Of a stretch of 64,000 nucleotides of DNA, positions 51,281-63,580 are shown in pieces (the stretch's first letter is position 1; each line of letters starts with the position of its first letter). The notes under the pieces are model-generated. The model made no database searches. It saw only the letters and a program-made list of their open reading frames with translations, and was not told where the DNA came from. The DNA comes from Lama glama (Eukaryota). The DNA lies in the NCBI GenBank assembly GCA_028534125.1, contig CM052817.1, forward strand, positions 84,012,001-84,076,000. Reading direction: 5' to 3'. The translations under genes were made by a program, and so were the position numbers.

Positions 51281-53373
51281 ATTGTTCTGGTTCACAGAGA
51301 TAAAAAAATGTGGAAACCTTAACCATTGCTATCATGTCCACTCCTCTGAACCAGGAATAACTTGGAAAGAGAAACACTTGCACACAATCAGAGGGCCAGC
51401 CATGCAAATAGTCCATTTAGTGCCCAGTGCCATGTGTTCCTGGGTTAAGGATATTGTGAAGAACCCAGAAGGAACACTTACCTATCTATAATGAGTTGAC
51501 TTCTAAACAACCTTTGACCTTACATTGTCATCAACCCCCTCCCCAAGTCCCACTTCCCTTTGTAAAGCATAAAAGATTTTAACATACAAAACACTGTGTA
51601 TTGGGTTTTGCTATTCTGGAGCCAGTCGGGTTGCACAGGAAGTACATCATTAACTGGAGAGAAGTCAGCAGGACATTTGTCCCGAAGTTAATGATAAAAT
51701 AAAGTTAAACCATATTTAATGTTTTCTCAGAGATGTTCGAGAAAAACAGCTTTAGTGGAAGAAGAGGAAAGTTATGCAGGAACAACCCCCTGACCCCCCG
51801 CTCCCCAGCCCCAGAGTCTCATTAGACCTTCTAAGTGCTCCAGAGCAAGCTTAGGTGGAAAGGCCCCTAGGGAGAGCAGGAGGGTGGTGAGTGGGAAGAC
51901 AGTGCAATCCTGTGCTTCCCCAGGGCAGCCCGTGCAAAACAGAGACCTCTAAAAAGGCTCGAAGTAGCTTGTCAGCTTTTCTGCGTGTTCTAACAAATTA
52001 GACATACATCCCAAAAGGTATACTGCAATATTAAAGTGCATTTATATACACTGTAGTCTCCCTTGTGTGTCCTGGCAGGCACATGCGTGGCTGGGAAGTG
52101 TCTGTGGGTTGATTCCTTTGTGAATTATATGGAGCTGACACGGCTGAAACCCACAATGACCCAGACGAGGACAGAAGCTTGTGCTGGAAGAGTGGCTGCC
52201 GCGCCTATGTGTAAGTAAGTAATATCAATCCCCACTGAGCAGTGTGGCGCAAAATTATTAAGGCTGCTTCCTGAAGAAACTTCTAATGCAGTGTGTAATG
52301 AAAATGTCAGGTGCAGTGAGTTATTAGGTGCTACCCTGCTGTTCTCAAGTGCCAGGTATTTCTCTACCTGTTATCCAAGCAGGCGAGTCTTGTGGGGCTG
52401 GCTGTTCCAGCCTAAGGAGAGCATCAGCAGTTATTTGTGCTGAGAAGGATCATAAAGTGAGTGGTGACAATGAAGCTGATAGGAGGAGCCTGAGGAAATG
52501 GTGGGATGTGTGTGGTGCAGGTGACGTGAAGAGGGGAGCCATGATGAGGGTGTGTTGAAAAAGGACACTGACTGGGGTACGACTCTGAGTAATGTTACAG
52601 CCCAAATCACCTGGCCCTGTGGATTTGAAAATCATTCTCAGGGCAGCTCTTATTATTAGGCATTCAGATGGGATCATTGCAGAAAGGAATATGGTTTTGC
52701 TTATTTATTTCCATAGTCATTCTAGATATGTAAGCTCAGTGTTTGGCATTTATTTTGGATCTCGTAGAAGTTTGCATATCTCTGACTTGTGTGATGCTTA
52801 TCTCAGCCTGATTCTTGGAGTCTCTCTGGCTTCCCCTATTCCCTTGGTTATGTCCAGTCATTGTCAAATAGCTCTGGGTGAGTTAATCTTTCTTAGTCTC
52901 CATTTCCTTGGGTTCTACCTTTGTTGTGTCCCTAGTAGTCTGTCCTGTTTTCTCTTTGCCACTCCCCTTGCCTGTACTCTGTCTTGTTTAGCTGCTCTAC
53001 CTCTTTCTTGGACAGCCCCAGTCTCCCTCCTCCCCCCTCTTCCCCTTTGACTTTCCTACCCAGAGCACAGCAGGAGGAACAGCTAACACCATTTACTAGA
53101 TGCTTTTTCTGTGCCAAGCCCTGGAATGTGTGTGTTACGTATATTATTTCTAATGTTTCGGTGACCCTGGAGGTGGTACAATCACGTTCTGTTGTACAGC
53201 TTGGGAGGCTCCAAAAGGTCATGATGTGCTCACACCAGCTAGTGAGGGCCACGGCTAGAGTTATAACCTAGGGCTGATGGACCCCACAGTGCATGCTAGT
53301 CCCTGTGCATGTTGCTTTCTCTGCTCAGAAATCTTCAGTGGCTCCCACTGCCTAATTAATAGATCAACCGGGC

Positions 53374-53404
<31 letters not shown>

Positions 53405-55062
53405 CAGGCTCCTTCATCTCAGCATTCAAGGCCTCCTAAAATCTAGCTTACTATGTTTCTAGGCTTTCCTACCAACTCCTGGTGGGAGAGCACACCCTAC
53501 TCTTCAGCCGAAAACCCCAAACAGCCAAACAAACAAGAAGTTCATTTTTATTTACACCCATGCCTTCTTTCCTAAGTGCTTTTATACATGCTTTTTCTCT
53601 TGCCTGCTGCAGAGAATTTGTCATTCCTTCCTGTGTGTAAGTAAGTGTTACCCAGGAAAACATTGAACAGAGTTGCACTAGAGATCCATTTGTTTCCTGG
53701 TTCACAAAGGGTATATTGGATCTTTATTAAATAGTCTGAAATGTTCTTTCAATAATGTTTTTCTTTAATATCTTTTTAAAAGACATTTAAAGTGAATCAG
53801 AAAGCAATTAAATGATTAATTGCTGCAGCCAGATTCTGCTGCCCTCAGCCTCTGTGGGTGCTATCTGACCGATTAACCTCTGTTTCTGAGCCCTGTCTGA
53901 TTGAGGAAGGCAATGACGGAAAACGCTTGGCCTATCACATGACTGATCTTTGCTGTCATGAGCCATCGTTTTCTAACTGCAAGCTTTCATTTTCAAAGCC
54001 CTGGCATGATTTCAGGAGCTGTAAACCCTCATGTGAGTAAGTGAGCAGTAAGAACTGGCAGTTTTTCAGTCTCAAGTCTCTTCAGTTTTAAACCTACATT
54101 TAGCTGTGATTTTTTTTCCCCACCTTAAGTTGGGCATTCTTTTCGGTATGTATTTTTTTGATAAATAAAATAGGGTGGAGGTGAATTCGACTGAGACAAA
54201 TATGAGTTGGCCCAGTGAGGGCTGACTTAAGAGAAAAGTCACAGCTGCCCCAATATTAATTTTGTAGTCAAAGCAGGAGGTGAGAGAAATGGTGAGTATG
54301 TGGGGTTCCCAGTCTTTCCAGTACAACCAGGGACACAGGGTAGGGAGCATGAAAATGCACCTGAAAATTATAAATCCAGTGGTGGAGATGACCCACAGGC
54401 TGGTTTGGACAGGTGTCGTTTTTGATGTCTTGGGGAAGGTCAAGGAGTATCTTTTCCAAGGTCTAACTCTGAATGGAACAGCTTTGTGAGATATCAGGGA
54501 AGGATATATCATTGGAAAGATTTCTAGTTATAATGCTTAAGTAATTGGGGTTCAATTTAATGCAGGATTAATTGTTAGTGCATTCTTAGCTGGACAGTGC
54601 TATTAACATTATTCACATTAACTTAAGGGACGAGTAATCTGAAAACAAAAATGTGAACATAATATGAAGGACATCCTTAAAGATTTGTTCCTGCCTGATG
54701 ACTTTATTTTGAAATTTGTATGTCAAATGTTTTATTATCCTCTTTTTACTTTATTTCTTAGCTTTAAAAACAAATTATCAAGAGGAGGAAATGGGAGGGG
54801 GAGAAACTGCACACCACCAGAATGTTACAGTTGGCAATGTAATGAAGGCTAATTGTAATTTCATACTGAGGTTTTGATTGTGCACCTATTTTCCTGTTAT
54901 TTTCTCCTCCTTTATCTTCATATGTAGCAAATCATTATTGACCAGTCAATGTCCTTATGCTACCATTTTAGGAAAGTTGATATAAGGGATCCTATAAAGA
55001 AAACAAACCTATTATCAGTGTATGTAGCTCGTTTAGAAGACAGTCACAGACAGCTGCAGAAA

Positions 55063-55292
55063 TAACAGTAGCTTCCATTTACAGAGCGCTTACAATATGT
55101 CGAGCACTGTTCTAAGTGCTTCGTGTAGTGTTAGCTCATTTAATCCTCTCAACAACTGTGTGACATCAGTACTATTATCCCTATTTTATGCATGAGGAAC
55201 CTGAGGCACAAGGAGATTAAATTATTCACCTACAGTCACATCACTAGGAAGTAGTGGAGCCATAATTTGAACCCAGCCAGTCTGAATCCAGA
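55063..55292 (-). mobile_element. MIR SINE (well preserved)
   Basis: 'gagcgcttac...gcactgttctaagtgctt...ctcatttaatcctc...atgaggaacctgaggcaca...atttgaacccagccagtctga'. Confidence 0.9.
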
Positions 55293-55785
55293 ATTAAAAA
55301 AAAAAGTATAACCAGAATGAAACTAATATTGCTCCTTTTAGATTTCCCAAACTTACTATCAATTCGGAGTGGAAATTAGTTTGGAACTTGTAAAGATAGA
55401 AGAGAAATTGTTTAGAGTAGAGAGACAGTGAAAGAGAGTGGAAAAATGACGAAAGATTATGGCAAAAGCCCCTGTTGTGGGTTCGGACATAAGGATTCTA
55501 GGAGGCAGGAGCGGCAGTACCCTCTGTTGTGTGCTCCGCTGGGCCTCAGCCTGGGCTAGGTGGGCAGTGATGCGTAGTTGGTCAAGGAGTGTGGCTGCTG
55601 ACTGATTTTTGTCACTCACTGCACTGGTTTCCTGCCCCTCACAAGATAGATAATACCTACTGACAGCTCTCCTTTGAGTTCCCATCTGTCTGAAGCACTT
55701 CTAGATTTGCAGTTCAGGTTTCCTTCTGCAGAACCAGAGTGTGTCCTTTCTTTTCAGACCTCCTACGACCTCAAAACACTTCAGA

Positions 55786-56125
55786 CAGGCCCAACATTCT
55801 TTATCTAAACACAAGGGGCCAGATATACTTAGAAATTCAAAATTTTCTAGATTTTAGAAGGGCAGAATGGTGTATATCGCATATATTATATAGTTATTTT
55901 CAGTGAGGGTCTGGGCCAGCACCCTGTAAACAAATACAATCATGTTTCCACCACACAATGTATATATCATCATCCTAAGTGAGACAAAGAATGGCTACAC
56001 CCGGCTATATGTCAAGAAGGTCAGATTTTTGCCACCAGACAAATTTGGTGCCAAATTTATGGAAAAAAACTTTTGGTTGCAGAGCCTTTTGGATTTTTAC
56101 AATTGAGGATGAGAAATGTGGACTG
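55786..56125. mobile_element. MER46C-like Tigger MITE
   Basis: 'ggggccagat...gattttagaagg...gggtctgggccagcaccctgtaa...cagagccttttggattt...tgtggactg'. Confidence 0.8.
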
Positions 56126-57179
56126 TTTTATCACCAGTTCCTTCCACTCTAATCAGAGAGATGTGCATGAAGATGCTGACAGAGCCATTTCTACATTTCC
56201 TGCACTAGCCAGGAAGGGGTCTGACTGAAGCTGAGCCTGAAAAACCTCAGGTTCCATGTTCTCCTTCCAGGTTTTAGTTGGAAAAACAGGCACTCAGGAA
56301 ATAGAGTTGATATCTGCACACTCTATTTTCCCTGCAGTTTTGGTGAACAAAAAGTAATAAAGAAAATACAAACTCAGGAAGGACAAGATTTGGTGGTCTT
56401 TCTTTCTTTTCATTTAAAGAACCTATTTACACTGTTTAGAAAGTCCTTTCCCCTTCTCTTGGGAATCTTAGCTTAGCTTGGGGGACCACAGATTAAAGTA
56501 CAATATAATGAGTATTATTAAAAACAACTTGTAAAAATGCATTATCCCAAAGATTTAACAGCTGATTTTCTGTTGCCTTTACTTCTTATGTCATTTGTTT
56601 CCCCCTCAGTGTATAACCTTCTTCAAATTTTATGTCCTGTTCTCAAATTCCTCCTGCGTTTCATGACTAATCTCTATTTGTGTTACCCTGGTGAAGCCTA
56701 TAGAAGGAAAATCATAAATTAATGGTATATGTTTGTAGATATAAATGGGGACAGATTCAGAAATACACAAACATGCCAAGTACCCTATTTCCTAGCAGTA
56801 CAGTGCTCAACTCCCAATTAACCTTGGATTTATAAGTCTTATCAAATGGCCTAGTCCATTTCCAATGAAAAGCTGTGCACTGTGTAGAATCTCTCACCTG
56901 ACCTAAATCTCTGGTAAACCTTGGGAAGTAAACTCCTTTGTGGAGCCATTGACTCTGTTGGATGATGCCAATGTCTCTTTTAAGGCCCCAAGTTATCATT
57001 TAATCCACTGCAAAACATAGTTTGCAAAGGGACAGTCTCTGGTACCTTATGTAGAAAGAAGACAGTGCTGACTGCTTACACAGGCTGTGTTCTGTGACAG
57101 TAGGACTGTGCTGAGTCACTTACACTTTGCCCCCAGGTCTTCTTTACAAATACAGTAAGATTTTGGATGGTAAATAAAA

Positions 57180-57405
57180 GATATTTATTTATCACCTCTG
57201 TGGGTCAGACAGGCATTCTTCTAAGCTCTCTCCACCTATAAACTCATTTAATCCCTTTAACAAGCAAAGAGGCAGGAACCATTATGATCTTTGTCTTGAG
57301 AAAGTTCAGATACAGAGAGGTTAAGTAAATTGTTCGATGAGCCTCAGCTAGTGAGTGGGAGAGGTGGGGCTCTGAACCCTGGTGGTCTTTTCCAGAGTTG
57401 GCCCA
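57180..57405 (-). mobile_element. MIR SINE
   Basis: 'aactcatttaatccc...cagagaggttaagtaa...cagctagtgagtgg'. Confidence 0.75.
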
Positions 57406-57509
57406 CATGACCATTGTCATGTTGCTGTTGGGGATACTGCAGGGCCTGTGGCAAAACCTGGAACAATGGTGTGGAGTTGACCACTTGAACTTCATTCAGT
57501 GCTCTCACC

Positions 57510-57690
57510 CGGTGGTTTTTCAACCTTGAGGTTCTGCAGAATCCCAAGGAGTGATGGGAATGAGAGGCAAAGTGGGCCCAGGATTTCACACCCACATCAG
57601 CCAGAGCAAGTCAGTGTTTTAAACATTTATTTGCTAGCAGTAAGATTTTATTTGAATAAGGGGTTCGACAGCTCAGAATAGTTGAGCCAG
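57510..57690. mobile_element. hAT-Charlie-type MITE (MER103-like)
   Basis: 'gtggtttttcaac...ccagagca...gtaagattttatttgaataaggggttc'. Confidence 0.5.
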
Positions 57691-57788
57691 TTAGCTCACG
57701 CAGGGCTCATACCAATGCAGAAAGAAATGGGATGTAAAAACCCGCAATCCCAATGCTGTACGATGTTGTATAATACTCTTTCTGACTA

Positions 57789-58135
57789 CAGACGCCCTTG
57801 GTATCTGTGGATTCTGCATCCACAGATTCAACCAACCATGGATTGAAAATATTTAAAAAAAAAAAATCCCAGAAAGTTCCAAAAGGCAAAACTTGAATTT
57901 TCCCTGTACCAGCAACTATTTACATAGTTTTTACATTGTATTTTTAACTATTTACATAGCATTTACACTGTGTTAGGCATTATAAGTAATCCAGAGATGA
58001 TTTTAAGTTTATGGGAGGATGTGCATAGGTTATATGCAGGGACTATGCCATTTTATATGAGGGACTTGAGCATTTAGGATTTTGGTATCATTGGGGATCC
58101 TGGAACTGACCCTCATAGATACCAAAGGACTACTG
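57789..58135. mobile_element. MER2-family Tigger MITE
   Basis: TA then cagacgccctt...aaggactactg; colinear with 35849-36180. Confidence 0.9.
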
Positions 58136-58179
58136 TGTAGACAAAGGGCATAGATGCAAAATACATGTGGACTTTGGAG

Positions 58180-58390
58180 ATTACATTTCAGTGTGAATTA
58201 CAGGCTGTTGTTTGGATGAGACCAGATGGAAAGCTGATAAAGAGGAAGGTGGAAAATGCCATCCTGGTCTAGGGTACTTTGCCCTCAACTAGGTGGATTC
58301 AAAACTGGTTGAGTGACCTTTCTCCAAAGGTGCTGCATGGTGGGTTACTGTTGGCCTGGAGGGTGGATGTGGCCCTGCTCTTTATTTTAT
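58180..58390 (+). mobile_element. L3/CR1 fragment
   Basis: 'taggtggattcaaaactggttgagtgacc...caaaggtgctg...cctggaggg' resembles the CR1/L3 RT region. Confidence 0.55.
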
Positions 58391-58504
58391 AAAACAAATC
58401 TTTATTTTGTAAAGCAAATGCTCTGACAAGGCTCTGACACTAAATGTCACCAAATAACGTGTGATCTCATTTATCCTGTGTGTCCATTTCCTTATTATTT
58501 AATT

Positions 58505-58660
58505 GGAGCAGTCTTGTTGGGCTGAGTCCTTAACCTGTGGGATCTGATGCTACATCCAGGTGGATAGTTTCAGAATTGAGTTGAATTGTAAGAGGCCCAG
58601 GTGGTGTCACAGAATTGCATGGTGTTGGGGGAAAACCTCAGACATTGGGTTTGGGTACAG
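58505..58660 (+). mobile_element. MER21-like LTR fragment
   Basis: 'gcagtcttgttgggctgagtccttaacctgtgggatctgatgct...ccaggtggatagtttcagaattgagttgaattgta'. Confidence 0.8.
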
Positions 58661-59982
58661 AATTAGAGTAAGGAAGGTGGAGGAAATCCGAGATGTGGAG
58701 GAAAATCAGGAGATGGGGACTTCCTAGACACCAAGGATAGGGTGGTAAGCACTAACAAGTGATGGGGAGAGGTAAAGAAAGGAAAGAACTCAGAGTGTGT
58801 TTATATGGGTAGTGAAGTAGAATTTGCTCTCCAAATGCCTCTTTAACTTACTGTGATTTGACTAAGTTACACTAGTGGAAGGCAGAGGGTGAAAGGGTTA
58901 ACACCTGCTCCGAAGACTTATTTCAATGCTTTCAGTGTTTGAGAAATACTTCAACTCTTGGCCAATGATGTGGGTCAGTGATGGGTGCCTGTTGTTAACA
59001 ATGATGTCCTGAGAGACTTCACCACAGAGAAAAAGCTGGCTTGTTTAAATCTGTTCTCAGATAATAAAACACAGGCAAAGATGTAACTTGCAGAAATACT
59101 GCATCATGATCAAAATGTGTACTAAGTCACATCTGATAGTTTCAGATACCCCTTGTATTTTCAAGTTAGCAGAAATGAGGAAGTGAACAAAACTTGCCCC
59201 TCAGTTCTCCCCATGTGTTTTTCAAATTGTTTCCTCCTTGGACCTCTGCAACAGCCCAGCAGTCCCAGTGGTGTGTGTTCAGGGGCATGGTCAGTGACTG
59301 ACTTGTCTTAGAATCAGCCATCCCTGCCCTTTTGTGTTTTCCAGGTGTACCTGGGGGGAGGACCAGCACTGGCACTCCAACCTCTTGCCTGATTTTGAAG
59401 TGTCAAAGTGTTTTGGAAATCAGGTCTCAGTGTTAAAAACTCTCAAGTGAACTCTGATGGCCTTTAATGGCAATCAGTACCTTAGAATGCTGGTGAGGAA
59501 CAACCACCTGGCTCACCCACGGCAAAAACCTTCTAGAAACCCATGAGCAGAACTGTTTTGAATCATGAGTAAGAAGATTAGGGAAAAGCTAGTTTTCGCT
59601 CTTGTTTGTCAGAGACACAAGGATTTGTACATGTCTTTTCACCCTGTCCCTATCTTCCTGCAGCTATTTAAAGTATTTGTACAAAGGAGTAGTTCCAAGA
59701 AGGAGCTGTGACCAAAAGGTACCCAAAATTCAGATATCTTTTCCTGTAATGTGCAGGGGCTCTCCTGGCATTTACAAAGACCTAGATAACAAACGTGTTC
59801 TCCTCATTTTCTGTAATTCTTACAAAGAAAACAATCCCAGCATCAGTGGAATCTTTCTCAATGATCTCTGAAGGGTCATTTATCAGTTGAGAGTAAGGCA
59901 CATCCTTTGAAGAAGTTTCAAGTAATTCTCGTTTCCACTACTTGTCTTTTAGTAAATCTGGGGATTGACCCTAAATAAAGAT

Positions 59983-60208
59983 GAGCTCCCAGTTAACGCC
60001 AGCAACTTGCCAGCCATGTGAGTGAGCCACCTTAGAGATGGGTCTTCAGGCCCATCTGATGAAGAGAGTCACCCCCACTGACATCTGATGCCATTGGAGC
60101 AAAAATGACAGGTCACCACTGAGCCCCACCCAAATCGCAGATTTCTGAGAAACATGACTGTTGTTTGGTTAAGCCATGAAGTTTTGGGGTGGTTTGTTAT
60201 GCAACAAC
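59983..60208 (+). mobile_element. MLT1 (F-H-like) LTR 3' part
   Basis: 'gccagccatgtgagtgagcca...aagccatgaagttttggggtggtttgttatgca'. Confidence 0.8.
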
Positions 60209-61845
60209 ATTTGGTTTCCAGGATACCACACTCCTAGTTTTCTTCCTGCCTCATTGTCACTTTTTCTTGGTCTCCTTGAATAATTCCTCTTATCTCTCTT
60301 TCCTTGTTTTCACTTTTTACTATGGAAAATTTTAGTCATACACAAAATAGCAAAGTATAATGAACCTCCATGTGGCCACTACTCAGTTTCATGTTTTATC
60401 TATTCAGGTCCAATTTTATTTCATCTATGCACCTACCCACTTTCCACAATCCCACTGTTTTATTATAACCAAATCCTCAGACCACCTTTTTGCTATCATA
60501 TTCATTTGGTGATCTCACCTGGACTCATAGCTTTAAATTTTCTTCGTGTTCTCAAGACTCCCAAATGTATTGCCTGCACTATATCATTGTGGCTCAAAGT
60601 ATGGATTGTGATACTTAGATGCCTGGATTAAAATATGGCTCTTCCACAAACTGTCTTTGTGACCTCCGTTACTTAATCTCTATGCACCTCAGTTACCCAA
60701 TCTGTGAAATAAGAGATAATAATATTTCCTACTACCTCTTGGAGTTGTTATGAGGATTAAATGAGTTAGCATATGTAAAATGCTTATAACAGTGTGTGCA
60801 TATATACACTTGTTGACTTTATTATTTTATCTCCAGGCCAGACCTGTTGTGTGAACTCCAGGCTTACATATCCAGTTGCTTACTTGGCATCCTCACCCAG
60901 ATGTCAATAGACATCTCAAGCTTATTATTCTAAAACCAAATTCTTGATCCTCCCCTGCAAATGTCACACAACCTCTCCCTCAGTCTTCCGCATCTCAGTT
61001 AATGGCATCTCTGTCTGTGCATGTGCTTAGCCTCAAATGCTATGACATCATCCTTGACTGCTCCATTACTTTCATATCTTACATCATATCCTGTTTGCTC
61101 TGCTTTCAAAATATATCCAGAGCCTTTTACCACTATTGTTCTTGTAGAAACCTCCATCATCTCTCACCTGCCATATTGCAATAGCTTTCTTACTGGTCTT
61201 CCTGCTTTCAGTCTTCCTTCCTCAACCCTCCCCTAACAGTCTACTCTCAATACAACAATCAGAGTGGTCCTTTAAAAAACTTGAGTCGATCATGTCACTC
61301 TTCTGCTTAAAACTCTCCAGTGGCTTCTCATATGATTCAAAGTAAACAACAAAGTCCTTACAATCCTCTCTGATCCCGTCTCTGTCTAAACTCACTCATT
61401 TTCCTCCAGCCTCACTGGCCTCCTTTCTGTTCCTTGAACATGCCAGGAGGGCTCCCACCATAGGTCTTTACAATTTGGCTGTCCCTCTTCTTAAAATTCT
61501 CTTGGCTTAGATCTTCACAGCTAATTCCCTCTCCTTCTTCAGTGTTGGTTTAAATGTTACCTTCTCATTTAATGAACATCCTTCTCAACTGGCTTGAGTC
61601 CTGTCCAACCATCCCACTCCCACCTCCGACATTCTCAGTTTCTGTTACTCTGCTCTACTTTTTCTTTTTTCCTTGGTGTTTATCATACATACTGATAACA
61701 TAATTTATAATGTAATAATTATTTTGTGTATCATTTATGCTTTGTCTCCCTCCCTAAAAGCCTCATGAGGTCACCTGTATCTGTTTTGTTCGCTGCTGAA
61801 TCCCAAACAGCTCTGACAGTGCCTGCCGCAAAGTAGACACCAGAT
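60209..61845 (+). mobile_element. L2a with nested old L1 stub (~60310-60480, minus) and MIR (~60580-60830, plus)
   Basis: L2 motifs 'gactcccaaatgtat|atctccag', 'gacatctcaa', 'catcatccttgact', 'gatcatgtcactc', 'acagtgcctg'. MIR 'ttgttatgaggattaaatgagtta' splits the L2. Confidence 0.85.
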
Positions 61846-61864
61846 AGATTATGTAGATAGGTAG

Positions 61865-62090
61865 ATCTATGTTTTAGAAAGACCACTCAGGAAGCAATAT
61901 AGAGGATTGTTTGGAGGAGAAAAAGAAAGGAAACTCTTAAGAACTGTGCAATAATCCTTGCAACAAATGATGAGAAACAGCTAGAAAAGAGGCAAGAAAG
62001 GAGCTGGGTAGGTATTTGTTGGTAGAACCAGTAGAAATGGATGGCGGTCTGTTATGGGGAAGAGAGCAATAATGGTGAGGGGTGACTTTC
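61865..62090 (-). mobile_element. L2 fragment
   Basis: 'tgttttagaaagaccactc...gcaataatcc...atgatgag'. Confidence 0.6.
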
Positions 62091-63123
62091 AGATAATTTT
62101 CCCTTTACCTTTCATTATTCTTGACTGAGACCTCCCTGTAATAAAAGACAGATTAACAGATGTTGACTGAAATAAAATCACACAACGTGAGAGTTGTTGG
62201 TTAAGTTTTATTTGGGGCAAAATGAAGACTATAGCTCAGGAGACAGCATCTTAGAAAGCTCTGAGGAACTGCTCCGAAGAGGCAGGGGGAACTCAGTATT
62301 ATATATAATTTTAGTGAAGGAGGGTTACATCCAGTCAAGCACACATTTAGGCAGAGGCTTGCCGCTAGTCACGAAGAGCAGATGTCACTGTTAATGATTT
62401 TAGTGCCTTTCTAGGTATGAGGAGACTCAAGAATTTGGGCACATAAAATCTTCTCCTGAAAATATCAAACATCTGAGGGCCTGTTCTGCCAGTTTTCCCA
62501 GAGCACAGAATGTCTCGTCCCTAATCTCCACCCTGAACTCCTTTCAGGAAGTGTTGGAGGTCAGTGGCTGCAGTGGCTCTTGATTTAATCTAAGCAGAGG
62601 TAGATGGCAGGTGCCAACGTGATCCACTCCTTGTAGAGGGAGATGGCAAGTGCCAGTTTTTAGTTGGCACAAGAGAAAACCAAACAGAACTTTAATAACA
62701 TGTATGCCTCATGTATACATGGGAGATACCTAGGAAAACTGAGTAAAACTCCCAAGTCACCATGTGAAATACGATCTTTAGCTAAAGACTAAAGAAAGAC
62801 TTTAGGGGGTGGGGAGGTCAGTTATGAGAGGTTATCAGGAAAAGTAAAATAAACAAGGGTAAGGTTGTTATGCAGATGTAAGTGTCTTCCATTGATAAGA
62901 GTTTCTTGTGACTTAGAGTCATCCTTCTTTCCCTGGTACAGAGAGGGAGATACCCTTACAAATGGAGATTTCCCTTATAAACATAAATTTCCCTTACAAA
63001 AGAGTAAATTCCACTCATGTTTAGAAATTCTCCTGTGTACACTTTTCCTGAAAAATAATCAGCTCAAAATAATTCTTAAGCCAAAAAGGCATATTTTGGG
63101 ATGACATATTCTGCTACCATTCG
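62091..63123 (-). mobile_element. MER34-family solo LTR, split by a younger LTR
   Basis: 'aaagacagattaaca|agagaaaa' junction and terminal 'aaaataatcagctcaaaataat...gcatattttgggatgacatattct'. Confidence 0.8.
62161..62669 (-). mobile_element. ERV1-type solo LTR nested in the MER34-family LTR
   Basis: TG...CA bounded ~510 bp; AATAAA on the minus strand near 62205; interrupts host motif 'gattaacaagagaaaa'. Confidence 0.75.
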
Positions 63124-63281
63124 GTTGCCACCTCATTTTTTTGTTTCTGCTACCTGTAAATGTGAGCTAATAGCAGGACTTGGACAAATAGTTGTGATTG
63201 ACTGATATGCTATAGCATATTTTAAAAATGAAAAAAGCTTTGCTAATCACCTCATCCTCCAGTGTTTGCCAGAATCACAGC

Positions 63282-63575
63282 TGTGACACACTACTAGATG
63301 ATCCCCAAATACTTTCCCCCTTCTTCTAGAGTAATAGAGTTTTAGCTGGATCCATGGTCACTCAGCTAGAAACTCCATTTCCTAGGTACTCTTGCCGTTG
63401 GATGAGGCCATGTCACTGAAGTCAGGCCAAGTGATGAGAGTGGAAGTGATGTGTGTCATTTCCAGAACTTGCCCTTGAGATAGTAGGCCAGTGCTCCCAT
63501 TTGGTTTGGCCCCTTGCCCCGAAGTGAAACAGGACTCTTTTGTAACTTAATTTTGACAATGCAGATTAAGTAAAA
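63282..63575 (+). mobile_element. Old MLT1 (I/J-like) LTR fragment
   Basis: 'catttcctagg...ggccatgtcactgaagtcaggccaa...gtggaagtgatgtgtg'. Confidence 0.65.
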
Positions 63576-63580
63576 TGCCA

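Noticed and set aside
53376..53399. T24 run as another solo poly(A) insertion
   Set aside because: Flanks (ccgggctc / ccaggctc) give only a weak, short similarity; no convincing TSD.
35849..58135. Two MER2 copies in the same orientation as ends of a composite transposon
   Set aside because: Each is a complete MITE with its own TIRs and independent divergence; the family is abundant.
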